NCBI GenBank assembly: GCA_013265495.1
Contig: MU058252.1
Coordinates: forward strand, 560,001-624,000
DNA: 64,000 bases
Reading direction: 5' to 3'
Source: Vicugna vicugna
Lineage: Eukaryota
The stretch's first letter is position 1; each line of letters starts with the position of its first letter. The translations under genes were made by a program, and so were the position numbers. Below, piece after piece: positions 1-13,300 of the stretch. The notes below the pieces were generated by a model. That model was not told the origin of the DNA. It searched no databases and worked only from the letters and a program-made list of their open reading frames with translations.

Positions 1-600
1 ATTAAAGTTACCTGACTTTAAAATGACTATGATTAACATGTTCAAGAAAATAGAGGAAAAGGGGGAGAATTTTCTTGAGTATTGAAATCTGGAAAAATAA
101 ATCAAATGGAAACCACAGAGCTAAAAAGTATAATAAATAAAATTACGAACTCAGTATATTAGACACAGAAGACAGGATTAGTGAACTGGGGACAAATCAA
201 CATCCAAACTGAAGCACAGAAGGAAAGAACGGAAAAATACGCAAACAAGCTTCAGAGACTTGTGCGAGGCTATGAAAAGATGAAACATATGTGTAATCGG
301 TTTCCCAGAAAAAGGGAGAGAATGGGGCAATACTGGAGCAGATAACAGCCAAGAGTTTCCCAAAACTGATGAGAGTCATCAAATCATAGATTCAAGACAT
401 GCTATGACTCTTAAGCAAGATAAACAAAGCCAGCTACACCCAGCATATCACAGCAGGATTGCTGAAAACGAGAGATAAAGATAAAACCTTGAGGGTCTAG
501 AAGAATATATATGTACACATTACCTTCGAAGATTGTCAGCTGACTTCAGAAGCCATAAAACCAGAAAACAATGGAATGGCATCTTTAATGTGATGAAAGA
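1..600 (+). mobile_element. Ancient L1 (L1M-type) ORF1-region remnant
   Basis: A-rich degenerate L1 ORF1-like text (gaagacaggattagtgaactgg...gagtttcccaaaactgatg...aacaatggaatggcatcttt). Confidence 0.7.
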
Positions 601-2171
601 AAATAAACCTGTTGAATTAAACATTCCCCAAAGTTTGAGGCAATAGGTTTTACTTAGAAAACAGGGATTGTGAACATTTCTGATTTTATCATTTTATTGT
701 CCTGTATAATACACAACTTATAAGTTATCTAGAATTAAGTTAGAAAAATAGTAAATTATTCTCACATTCCATAGAAGTTTCTCAAACCATAAGCCTACAG
801 TGATGGTTAGCTACTTTCTTACCTCCATGTTCATCTTAGTTTTCACCCACCCTTAAATTCAAAATCACAATACTAGTATTATATATAGAACTCTTTTCAA
901 CACTAAAAATGGGTTAAACAATAGAACACAGATAGATTATCTGGACCTTAGTCCAACACAATTAATACCACAGTTTTATTTACTTCATTATCCCAACCTT
1001 ATTTTTTTTCTTTTCTTTTCAAAGTTAGCACATTGCCTGTGTGTCTTTTGGGCAACAGATAGAATATTTATGTTAAATATTTGAGACCAGGATACAAAAC
1101 ATGAGGACCACATGTTTCTAGAATGATTCTACCCAAGGCACAGGTGAGCCAGCCAAGTACCTGAGATCCACCCTCCCAGCCCATGTTTCCTGAGAATCAG
1201 AGTAACTCTCTTATCTGATCTTTTCATAACTTCTTTCAGCTTCCACCATCTTCAAGTGTGACTGAAATTTTGTATTCTCAGTCAGATGGGAACAAAGCTC
1301 CCTCTCCATCTGCTTGTTTCCTGTTTCTTCCATGTTCTCACTCAACCAAGATGCTGAATAAAATGACCATGTCTCCAAATATCAGTAAAGATGAAAACCT
1401 ACCAGCCTGAGAATGTGAGTCATCATTCAAATTCCCCAAACTTTCCAGTTTATAACCACTCCACAGAAATTCCCAATTATAAATAGGGAAAGCAAGAAAG
1501 AAATTGATTTCTTTTTAAATCCATTTCCCCAACTATAAAAAAATTAGTTTACCACACAACTTAACCCAATGCATGTATATTGTTCTGATCCAAGCAGCAA
1601 TAAATAAAGCTGAATTGCCCACACTTCCCACTTCCTTTCATTTTTCTAGTAAGAATTGATAACATTCAGTGTTAAATTTCACCATCATGCAATGGATGTT
1701 TAAGAATTTTCTGGTTTTACTCCATCAGAAGTAAAATCAGTTAGGCAGAAATTCTATGATTCTTTATCACCACAAAACCCATAGCAACCAAAACACAAAC
1801 ACAAATTAAGAAGAAATCTTCATCTCAAAACATTGCACTCCAAGCCACTAAATGTCGGTATTAGGAGTAACAGAAAGGAGGCAGGTTATAAAATACGGTG
1901 AGAATAATAAAAGTTGAATTATTGGGTCAAAGAGCATATGTATTTTCATTTTGATAGATACTGCTATACTGCTCTCTAGGAGTGGCACCAACTTAACCTC
2001 CCACATGTAAGGTACAAGGGTGCTCAGTCTACATAACCTTGCCTTCATAGCAATGGATCAACTTTTTTCAGCTGAGAGGTAAAAAGTGGTGTTTTGGTGT
2101 AGTTTTAATGTACATTTAGTATCTCATCATGCATAAGGTTAGTAATTTTTTGTATGTTTATGAACAATTTT

Positions 2172-2833
2172 TGTCACCGAACTTGGGTCCAGCTGCTCGC
2201 CATTCAAAAATCAATACTCAAGAGAGACAAATGTTGGTAGAAAAGAAACTTGCCTTCAATCAGAATGCCGGCAATCTTGGGAGATGGTGGACTCAGTGTC
2301 TCCCAAAACCCATCTCCGAAGATTCTGCTCAGCCATGAAAGTTTTAAAGGGAAAAGGTAAAATGATCTCAGTTCATCATTGAGAAGGGAGGGTATAGCTC
2401 AGTGGCAGAGCACATACTTAGCATATAGGAGGTCCGGGGTCCAATCCCCAGTACCTCCATTAAAAAAATTAAATAAGAAGATTAAAAAACATGGTGAGTA
2501 ATGGTTGAAATGGGGGTTCAGAGTCATTGCCACCCTCCACTGTGTCCTGATCACTTTGGATGCTGTCTTGTTCACTCATATTGTTCTTGAGATTACTGAA
2601 GGATTACACTTGGGAAGAGATCTGGTCATCTGTCAGTTACTGATTCTTCACTCCTACTTTTTTGATCTATGGAAAGAACCAACAGGTTAAGCTTCGTATT
2701 GTGTGATAAAAAGATGTGAAAGTTGTGCTTGGGCCACAGAAGAGTAGGGCGTGGGGGCGCCTGGTTTAAGGTTAGTGACAAGTCAAAAAGGGATTTCCTG
2801 CCGAGGGCGGTTTCCTGCAAAGAGCTGCTTACA
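2172..2833 (-). mobile_element. ERV solo-LTR-like element carrying a SINE insertion
   Basis: TG...CA termini (tgtcaccgaac...gctgcttaca), LTR-like content, and it interrupts an older L1. TSD is imperfect (tttt/ttta). Orientation inferred. Confidence 0.55.
2386..2490 (+). mobile_element. tRNA-Ala-derived SINE (Vic-1-like, camelid)
   Basis: gggagggtatagctcagtggcagagc...ggtccaatccccagtacctcca with A-rich tail; Pol III A and B boxes. Confidence 0.85.
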
Positions 2834-3999
2834 TTTATAGTTTTTTTTCAGTGAATCATATTTTTGTAGCCTTTGCCCAGTTTTCTATTTTGGTCTTTTC
2901 CATATCGAATTGTAAAGAGTTCTTTATATACTAAAGAGATTTGTTTTTGGGGGGAATTGGCAATATTCTCCCGTATTTTGCCACTTGTCTTTTGCCTTGA
3001 CTTAGAAGTACATTTGGCCCAAGGTAAAGAACTTTAACTTCAAAGATTTTCTGAGTGTTTCTGTACTCAAAGGAGGCCACGGAGCTGGAAGACTCTTATT
3101 TGGAAAGACACTGAAATCTGCCAGCTTCCTATGCACAACTAGGCTCCTGGGCAACACCTGCAAGTCAGCAGAGGTAAAAAGGGGAAGAGAAGTTGCTTGC
3201 CTGGTATGTGCAGAGTCCTTCTGGGGGGGGGCCAGGAACATGGGCACACAGGACACCTTTGGGGACATGCTTCTCTTCTCTAAAATGGATTTTGGTGCTC
3301 ATCCCACCCAAGGCTCATCCCTAGAGAGTGGAAGGGCACCAGGAGGAGGGGTCCTGCCGCGTTCTCCTGCTGGAGGGTATCAGAGCGAGTGCAAAGCCCC
3401 TTTCATCTGAGGCTCCTGGTGTTATTCTAGACCTAATACATCCATTTTGGGAAATGTACTGCTGGGGCTAATCGTGTCCCTGGGGTTGTCCCAGTGTAGT
3501 GAGAGGGACAGATCCTAGTGTAAGATTCTGTCCACCATGCCCTGGTGGGCAGTGGTATTATTATCCTGGTTGAGGCAGGGCTAGGTAGTTGCCCAGATAT
3601 CCCGGCCTGGAGCGGCTGCCTGTGTGCAGGACCCATGCTCTCAAACTCTGCCCCACGACAGTGCTTGAGCAGGTCCGCGGATGGGCTTTGGGATTTGGAA
3701 TGCACGGGCCAACAGCCTTATCCGAGCAAACGTTCTGGGGTCTGAGATGGGGTCAATTCCCGAGTCCTATGAAAGACCAATCTAACCATCTCTCAAAGCT
3801 CTGCCAGGACCTGTGCTCAACCACCCGAGCTCTGCGCCCGTTGGTAGAGCATTTCACAAACTGCCCTTAGTTCTTAGGCACACTTGTCTTATTTACCCAC
3901 CTAGACATACGACATAGCCTAGGCCATAGGCTTATTTGTATTTACCACAGAAGAGGGCAGAGTGCTTCAGAGGTAGGCGGACCTTCACAGACCTCGCCG

Positions 4000-4990
4000 T
4001 TAAAAGTGTGTGGAGACCCGGTTAGTAGGGCCAGCGTCGAGGAGAGGAGCGCGAGGGCACGGGGCCGGGAAGTTCGGTAGAAGCAACCTAATTTCGCCGA
4101 GGGGAGGCCCAGTGGGGTGATGGAGGGCTGAGGAACAGCCGGACGCGCAGTGAGGACAACACATTTGGTCGGGCCTAGAGCCGAGGGCGGGGCGAGGGCT
4201 GAGGCAGATCGGGCTGTGGAAGGTCCAGACCCTCCCTTCCGAGGCACTTGTGGCTTCCTGCAAGGTGCTCTGGCCTCTTTCGAGGCTTTTGGAGAAACGA
4301 AGCCGGGCTCAGTTTCCTCTGAATTCTGGCAAACAGGGCCGGGCCGGCGGTCTTCACAGCTCCCGGCCGAGTCCTTCTGCAGCCCCGGGCCAGGGTCCTC
4401 CCTACAGGTCCACCCGCGTCCCTCTAAAGTCCCAGGCTCGGGGGCGGTCTTCGCCCAGCTTATCCTCTCCTGACCACGCCCCTCCGCACCAACTCCGCCC
4501 TCGTCCCTAAGGCCCAGCCCCTCACCCGCCCCGCTTCCCCCCGACCATATATTTATACCCCGCCCGCTCTCTTCTTGGTCCCGCCCACAACCCTCCTTCA
4601 GGGCCGCGCGGGGGCAGGGCGGGGCGGGGCCTCGGCGTCGGGGGCGGGGCCGGTCTCACCCGGAAAGAAAATAAACGGCGGCCGCCGCCGCATCCGGGCA
4701 CTCGGCGGGTCGGGGCTGGCGGGCCGGGGCTGGCGCGGCGGTGGCGCAGGTGAGGAGGCAGTGGCGGAGCGTTCAGTTCCTAGCCCGGGTCTTAGCGGCG
4801 CGGCTCGGCCCCCTGGATCTTCCGGCGCGACCCGGACGCCACCCCGCGCGGGTCGGGCGCGACCGCAGCGGCGGGCGGTGGGCGCCCTGAGGGGAGGCTC
4901 GGCCGGGACCGGGGCGGCGGGCCGGGACTTCGGGACGCGCCGGCCGTTCGCCGGGCCCTAGGTTTGCCCTGGGCTGGGCGGGGGTGGTGG
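4000..4990 (+). promoter_or_regulatory. NUB1: NUB1 CpG-island promoter with GC boxes
   Basis: Very GC/CpG-rich block with several GGGGCGGGG Sp1-type boxes (4610-4650), ~2.3 kb upstream of the ATG-bearing exon. Abrupt return to AT-rich sequence at ~4990. Confidence 0.85.
4660..4749 (+). other. NUB1: NUB1 putative non-coding exon 1 (5' end approximate)
   Basis: Strong donor CAG|GTGAGG at 4749/4750 inside the CpG island. No ATG in this stretch, and the next exon starts only 1 nt before the ATG. Confidence 0.65.
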
Positions 4991-7241
4991 GTATTTTTTA
5001 AAAACATTGAATATTGTTTTTGAGGAGAGACAGAAAAATTTGTGTATATATTAAAATTAATCTAATTAGCCATACAGAAAACTTGAATCATAACATTGTT
5101 ATTCCAAATATGCCATTTGGGATTTATTTGCAATCAAAGACAGATTTTCTTTGCTGTTTAATGAGAAAACACTGTTTATTTTCTCCAACCGTGATGGTCT
5201 GATTCTGTATTTCTCAGCTCCTTACCAGACTCTTATTTTTTAGTGCAAGATTCTTGTATTAGTCTGCCTAAGAGAATTTCACGTATTTTGAATATATATG
5301 TATATATTTGAAAGGCCCTGGATAAAAGTAGCGTTGATCGAGTCTTTACAAAAGTGAAAGCGAAATTTTAAAGGAGTCGTTTATACCCATTCACTTTCAG
5401 TTTAGAGCAGTAGGATTAATGAATTTCTGCTTTGGGGAGAAGGGGGAGCTGCGATGCTAAACATTGTATGGCACGCATGAACCTTTCAGTTATCCGATTA
5501 AAATCGAAAATTGATTTATTAAACCTTTTCCCCTTCTGATTTGATTTAAAGTGTGTATCCTCGCCAATTTTTTTGTCTGTAACTGAAGTTTTGTTAAGTT
5601 TCAAGACTGTGGTTCAATCTTTTTTTCAAACATTAAGTGGTGGGACATAGACCCTCCTAGCTATTTATTTGCTGGTGGGTGGAGTGTGGGCCACACACTA
5701 AGTTTAGGAAACCCTCTGAGACTTTGGTCAGGTAGTTACTTGGATGGAATGGCGGAGGGCTGTGCATTCAGCCTTCCAGATAGCGCGGCTTCAGTAAATG
5801 GCCCATGAAATAATTACCCTCCTCCTCGCCCTCCTCAAGTAATACTTTAGTCAGAGTTTCTGAACATTTATGAGTAGGGAGCTAACTTTGTGTAGTGGTC
5901 ATGTAAGTTATTTGTGTTTGAAAAGCTAATGCACATAAGTACTAATGTTTTCTGTGTGAGAAGCAGTGCTTGAAAATCTGGGATTCTTTCATAGGTTACC
6001 TGGAGGCACACAGCTCCCTCTTTGATGTATTTATTACTTTATCCCTTACCCGCCCCCCAATCCTGATTACCCTCTTTCTTGTCCCCAAATTGATATAAAA
6101 TAGATTTGAACTTTCAAAACACTTGCTTATGAATACACTTGTTATCAAACTTGATTCGAAAATCAGGTGAATTGAGTTTTGGGGTATGTGGAATACGGGC
6201 CCTGAATAGAAAAAAGAAAGTTACTTACTTATCTTGGTTATATTAACTGTTACATATTTTTTCACTCTCTGGTACTTGTCTTCATCCTTCAGGAGCTAAT
6301 ACCCTTTTCCTTTTCTTACTGCTTGTCTGATTTGGCTGCACTCCCCTGTCAGCTGTTTCATGTCTCTAGCAGCCCCACTCAGCCCTTTGAGTTGCTGTGC
6401 TAGTGAAGGATGAATAGATGGCTCCATCGCTGTGTGTGCTTCTTTGGGAGAGAATAGTTAGTACCCAGGACAGAGGGGCAGCAAGGGGTTTTGAGATGGG
6501 ATGCGGGATCCAGTGGTCCAGTGCTGCAGGCAGCAGTCCCAGTGCTAGTTACAGTGCTGCGTAGTTGTGTGAGCGTGGCTGAGTCATTTTACAAACTTGG
6601 GCCTATTTTCCCAGCTGTAAAATGATGATTCAACCATCATTGATTTGAATAGTATATGTAGATCTGCTTTTATCACAAAATGTCATGCAAAACTTTTCTA
6701 GTATTATAAATACTAAATTTTTAATTTTAAAAGTTCAGATATAGAGAATACTTATTATTGCTAGTTCATGGTTCAAGCTAGCTTTTCTTTATGTTTACTG
6801 ACCAGGGTGATTGGTCTTTTGTGTTAAAATAGCCAGCATGCAAGAGAATTGATAAGCTCTGTGTTGAGTTGCATATAAAAGTTCACTACTTTAGGGATTT
6901 CTCTTTCTCTTACTTTATCTTTTCTCTTAGGTCGGAGAATAATAGCACGTTAAGAAATAGAAAAGAGTAATAAACTTTGGTACTTATTAGCAACTTTGAA
7001 ATACATATTTTATGTGATATATATAATTGGATGTATAATATGTTTCAGTCTATATGAAATATGTATCTTTTAGAGAAGTCTGGAGCTGGATAAAACCCAA
7101 TCTAAAAGTAATTTAGATTAAACTAGAGAAGTGGAGGAGAGCTCTGCTTACTCTACAAAATACATCAGTGTGTTAGGCGAGTTATAAAACTCTTTGAAAT
7201 GTGGCATGGGGTATCATTGATGTACTGTTTTGTTTTCAAGG

Positions 7242-7358
7242 ATGGCACAAAAGAAGTATCTCCAAGCAAAATTGACCCAGTTTTTAAGGGAAGACAGAAT
7301 TCAACTTTGGAAACCTCCATATACAAATGAAAATAAAGAAGTTGGTTTGGCACTGAAG
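7242..7358 (+). CDS. NUB1: NUB1 exon 2 (first coding exon)
   Basis: ttttcaag|[46 protein letters not shown]|gtattt. Confidence 0.95.
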
Positions 7359-10300
7359 GTATTTTTCCTTTAAGACATTAATAACTAGCAGTGTTATAAG
7401 TCCCCTTGGAAAATAAGGAGAAGTCACCAGAAATTGCCAGGCACAACCATGTAAACTTTTGGCATAACCTGAAACATTAGTGATAAGCAGGTTCTCACAT
7501 TTTACTAGGAGTTGGCAAGCTTATTTTTGTTTAATAAGATTTTATTCACAAGAGAATGTTATCTGATCATTTTGGCATATACCATGTCTGATACCTTCAC
7601 AGTGTTACATAAAATTATTAATCTGGGTGTTCCTGCTGGTGGAGAAGTACCAATGCCAGATGGTTAGTATGTTACATGTTCAAGGTTAGCGTCCTGGTCA
7701 GTTCTCAGCCCTCCTTGCTAGTGTGGTCTGCTGTGAAACAGTTGCTGCCCTCCCCCAGCTTTGTGTACACTACAGCTATCTCTTCATTTTTCCAAAAATA
7801 TTTTCCTAGTAATTACATCTCAATTTTTTATGGTATCATCAGAAATGGCGTTATTTTACATAAGTGAAATTTCTAGAAATTGAAGTTTGCCTGCCTTTCT
7901 AAGCAGAGGAACATTACATTAATCATTTTTGATAGAAATCTATTATATTGGAATATCCTAGAATCTACTTCTCTGCTTTCTCAGTCGGAGTATACTGAGA
8001 TAAAATGGTATAAAATTTATCAGGGACTAAGGATTGTCACGAGGGCATCAAATTGTCTCATGTTTTGACATAGTGATACACTTGGGAGGTGACAGCTGTA
8101 TCAGCTGCAGAGTTTTCCTGTCTCTCCTGTTCCTGACAAGACTCACTTTTTGTTTTTGCAACCCACCTTGTGACCTTTCTTCTTAACTTGCTGGTTATAG
8201 TCTCTTGGCTCAGAAGGTAGGTGTGGGATAATAAAGCTATTTTTTTGTCCCCAATTCCTGGCTCCTAAAACCCTTGGAACTTCCTGAGTGGCAAGTTGAT
8301 AGAATCATCTTTTGTCCTAATGAGGCAGCTGTTGGAGATCGCTTCAGGATGGGGCTGGTTGCCTAAAAGACCAAACTTTGATTAGAAGCTTGGAACTTTC
8401 AGCCCTACCCTCCAATCTCTGGAAAGGGCAGAGGGCTGGAGATTGAGTTACTTACCAGTGGTCAGTGACTTAATCAGTCATGCCTGCATAATGGAACCTT
8501 CATAAACACCCTTAAATGATGGCTATTGGGAGCTGCCAGATTGGCAGACACAGCCATGCACCAAAGTGGCACACCCTAGCTCCACACGGATAGAAGCTCC
8601 TGCCCTCTGGACCCTTCCAGACTTGGCCATACATACCTCTTTATCTAGGTGTTCACTTGTGTCCTTTATAGTGAACAATTAGAAGAGCATTTTTCTGAAT
8701 TCTGTTGAGTTGTTCTAGCAAATTCCTGTACCTGAGGGGCGGGGGTTATAGGAGTCCTCAACTTTATAACCAAGTCAGACAGAAGTGTGAATAACTCAGG
8801 GACCTGATATCTGGTCCTTGAAATGTGCTAACTCCAGATCATTAGTAGCAGAATTGAATTGAGTTGTAGCACATCCAGTTGGTATCAGAATTGGTTGGTG
8901 TCAGGAGAGGGGATAAAAAAATCTTCACTAGGTAACTGTGTTTCCTAGAGAATTATAGAAAGTTTTTTCTAAGTATTTTATTGAAAACCTTTTTTGTTTT
9001 CTGGAAATAAAAATAATATGTACTTTTGGGTTTAAAAAATACTATATACTTAATGAAAAAATATAGACTTTTTAAAAATACATATTTTGTATTTTTGGTG
9101 TATTCTTTCAGTCTTTTCATGTGTGATTATTTTTTAAAAATATGTATTATAAATAGGTTCATATCGTTTTAAAAATAAAATACTCTGATCTGGTTTGTAA
9201 CTTTATATATATCATGAACATCTCCTCTATTATAAATATTTACTTCCACCATCATCTAGCCTGACTTGTTCTCATGAGTTAGAAAAATTAGAATGTTTTC
9301 TCTGGGTTTTGTTTGTTTGTTTGTTTATTTTGCTACCACCCTGTAGGGGTGTTGAACAGTTCACTGTTCTTTAAAGTAATTTTGTATATACTGCGAAGTA
9401 TATAAGTCATAGCCCACCTTTCTTTTCCCCCAGAGTAATCCCAGTTTTTTCACTTTCTCTGTTGGACCTCTTTTCCTGTCCTTTATAGTTTTTATTTTCT
9501 CCTGGATCCTCTTTAAACTCTACACCTCTCAAGATGTCAAGCCACAGTCTAGATTTCATGATGATATGGGTGATCACCACCCTATCAGAGTTTTTTGCCT
9601 TAGAGTCTTGCAAGCACTGGTCTGTATTTTGCTTTTTTTTTTTTTTTGGTACTATATTGCTGTTTTAAAATTTTTCTTCATAGGACCTTGCTAAGAAGTA
9701 CTCTGACAAGCTAGAATGTTGTGAAAATGAAGTAGAAAAGATAATAGAAGAAATACGTTGCAAAGCAATCGAGCGTGGCACAGGAAATGAACACTATAAA
9801 ACCACAGGAATTGCTACAATTGAAGTCTTTTTACCCTCACGATTAAAAAGAGTGAGTAACTTCCCCAAATTTACAGTTACTAGTGCTTAGTTAATTTAGT
9901 GATGTGATCAGATAAATTGTGGGTTCTTTTTGAAGTTACAATCCAAAGGTAAAATTCTTTTAAGTTATTTTACATGTTGAATATTTATGAACTTATAAGT
10001 TAATTTTATGGATTCTTAAACTGGAACATTTACAAAGTGGTCTGATCTCCAGACTTCACAGAGCTGTGCATTGCAGTCTTACCTTTTCTTGAATTTGAAT
10101 GAATATTTAGCAGAAATGGGGAATAAAAGGTGATTTCGGGTTTCCCAAAACTGTGTGCAGTAGGACGTGTCACAAAGGAATTTGTCTTTTTCCCTATACT
10201 GGTGGAGGTCAGAGGGTGGTCAGCTGAGTGCCCAAGCAGGGCCACAGTGACCTGGGCCACCTTGTGTCAGGGCCACGTCCTCGGTAGCTGAAGTCCAGAA

Positions 10301-13300
10301 ATGTTACTGAGGCAGGCCACCCAGAGGGGGCTGGCCTCTTAGGACTGATCAATGTTAATTATTCTCAGAAGAAATTAAAATATGTGTGTCAGAGTTACCA
10401 TGTGACCCAGCAGCTTTACTCCAGGAGAAATGAAAACTAGGTCTACACAAAAACTTGAATGTTTATAGCAGCCCCGAGGTGAAAACAACCCATATGTCTG
10501 TCAGCGGGTAAGTGGGCGGCACCCAGACAGTCAATATTATTCAGCCGTAAAAAGGAATGAAGTACTGATACTCCGCACTGTGAATGAACCTCAAAAACGT
10601 GAAAGAAATGAGACACAGAAGGCCACATAATATGGTTCCACTTAATATGAAATATCTAGAATAGGCAAATCCATAGAGAGCAAATAGATTCATGGTTGAT
10701 TCATGGGCAGGGGTCAGGGAGGAGGGAGGGGGAATAGAAGGTGTGGATATGTTTGGTTGCAGGGGAGGTGGTGAAAACGTTCTGAGATTTGATTATGGTA
10801 GTGGTTGTATGACACTGTAAATAACATTAGAAACCATTGACTCTTACATTTTAAACAGGTAACTTTAAGGTGTATAAATTCCATCTTTATAAAGCTGTTA
10901 AAAATTCCTAGAAAAATTGAGAGCTTTATGAGAAAAAGAAAAGCATGTATGTATCTATCTCAGAATGCCAGTTCCTGAATTTAAAGGACCTTACATATAC
11001 AGGACTCCTCTTTGCTAGTATCAAGTACCTGGGAAACCAGACCACCAGTCAGAAAGCTGATTGGTGAGTATGGAATCCGAGCAGATGATTTGCGTGGTCT
11101 CATGGTCCCTAGTGATCCCACATGTTTTTCTTAAGCGCAGCCACGGAGAAAGAAAGTTACCAAAATCGTGTCTTGCCACTCCTTCCTCGGTGGGGGTGGT
11201 GAAGGGAATGTGTCTTGCTCACTGAGGGCCTTAGTGCGGGAGGTAGTGGGCTAGGGCCTCGTGGAGCAGAGGCCAGCTCCCTTGAGTAGACAGGTGACTA
11301 ACCTGTCGGAGCAGCTGACTGCCCCCAAGAGGCTGACGCCCTTCCTGTGGTGCCGCACTGCTGCCCGCTGAGGACTCCCGGGTCACAGGGTCCGCACGTG
11401 TCAGGGTAGGTTCAGTAGCTTCTCCACTAGGCGGGCATCATTTCAGTCCTTATCCATTTCCATCGTCTGATATCAGCCATTCTGGTTTTATAGGCAGAAT
11501 AACAGCTCCCAAAAGTGCCACGTTCAACTGGATTTTGTCTGTCTTATTTTAGGATAGGAAAAACTTGTTGGAGACCCGACTGCACATCACTGGCAGAGAA
11601 CTGAGATCTAAGTAAGTATCTGTGTGCCCTGTGCCCCAGTGTTCTCGGTGCTTTTACGCCTGCTTATTTGATCCTCACTGGCTGTCCTATGAGAGGAGGG
11701 GCAGGTATGGTCATCGCCACTATATCGAAGGGAAAATTGCAGCTTTGAGGCTAAAGGGCTTCTTCAGGCTCACACTGGCCATTCAGGGCAGAGTGAGAAC
11801 TCAAGCCTGCACCAGTCTTCTTCACTTCCTGGTATAACAGGAGATCAGGTGGGAACTCTGGATGCATGTACTTGATACATGTTTGAATTGATGAGTGAGT
11901 GCCATAAATGGGAGACAGCCTGATATAGGCCAAGTCATTCATTTTGAATTTTATTCCTTAGTGCGCTGATAGCTTACCGTGATGTTCAGTGAAGTATTTC
12001 AACCAATTTCAGGCTGTTGGCCTATCTGTAAAAAGAAAAAATACTTGCCTGTCACATACTAGTGACAATCTGACTTTTGAGACCTTGGTCAGTTATTTCA
12101 TCTACTTGTATGTTTTTAAATGGTAAGTGTTTTGAGTACCTCCATGGCGAGCTAGTTGGTATTTCTTAAGCTGATTTTTCTCATTTTCTTCTTTGGTCTA
12201 CATCAGGGCTGTTAGGGATGGATTCAGGAAGCATCATTCATTCAACACACAATGAGCAGAAGACTGTATGCCACACCCACCCCTATTATGGGCTCCTCCA
12301 GGGGGACCGCAGAAGGTATAGAGAATGGATTTTCTTCTGCCGTGCAGCTAGGCCCTGTTGAAATGGATACACAGCACCAGTGGTCTCCACTTCGTGAGGA
12401 ATCAAGTAGTGAAACAGATAGTTTTCAAAAGGACATTGTCTCTGACACAGTTTCAAAATAACCATCTAGTAAGCTGGCTTTATCCGAAGTAATGTTTATG
12501 AGACACTAAACTGGAATACTGGGTGTTTCTGAGAGAAATGTGTAAAATAGCTATCGTGATTAAAATCCATTTAGTGGATAGTAAGTAACAAATTTGTTTA
12601 CCTACAGTTTTCTGGTTTATTTTTACAGAATAGCTGAAACTTTCGGATTTCAAGAAAATTATATCAAAATTGTCATAAATAAGAAACAACTTCAACTAGG
12701 TATGCTATGGCGAAGTATGCGGAATTGGCTGCCAGAGGCCGGGGAGGTCGCTCCTGACAGTTGATGGGAAGAGGCCAGGGGCACTGCTGACCATCACGCA
12801 GGGCACAGAACAGCCCCCGCAGTAGACATTCCCAGCCCACGATGTCAGTAGTGCTGCTGAGAAACCCCGGATTGATGAGCCTTATTCAATATTACAGTGG
12901 TTCTTGAGAGAGGTGGGAAGCCATTGATGCCGGGAAGCAGCACAGAATTATATTTGTGTTTCAGAGATCACTTTGGCTGCAGTAGGGGAATGGATTTGAA
13001 GGAGACATGAATGGACTTGGGAGACCCAGGTAGCTAGGTAGCTGCTAGGTAGCTAGTTCAGGCCTGCTCTGTAGTCTGTTTGGTTTCTAGTAGGTTCCAG
13101 TGGCCTACAGAGAATCATGTTCACATCCCAGCCCGATGTGATGCAGCCTTCACAGTCTAGCCCAGTCTTCCTTTCCAGCATCACCTCTGGCCATTTCCTG
13201 TTACCTGTTTAGAAACCATAGATACCTTTTCACTGTTTGCCATCTCCTCTCTGTGTTAATTCTGTTTCTGATGTCCTTCATTGGGCAGAAGTCCTTGATT

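Larger units (their letters stand above)
1880..3050 (-). mobile_element. Ancient L1 ORF2 3' fragment, interrupted by an LTR at 2172-2833
   Basis: Antisense L1-like text (gtagttttaatgtacattt...; gtagcctttgcccagttttctattttgg...gagttctttatata) continues on both sides of the LTR. Confidence 0.55.

Noticed and set aside
4150..4961. ORFs in the NUB1 promoter, or an N-terminally extended NUB1
   Set aside because: The starts are non-ATG or CpG-island artefacts, and there is no ATG in the putative exon 1.
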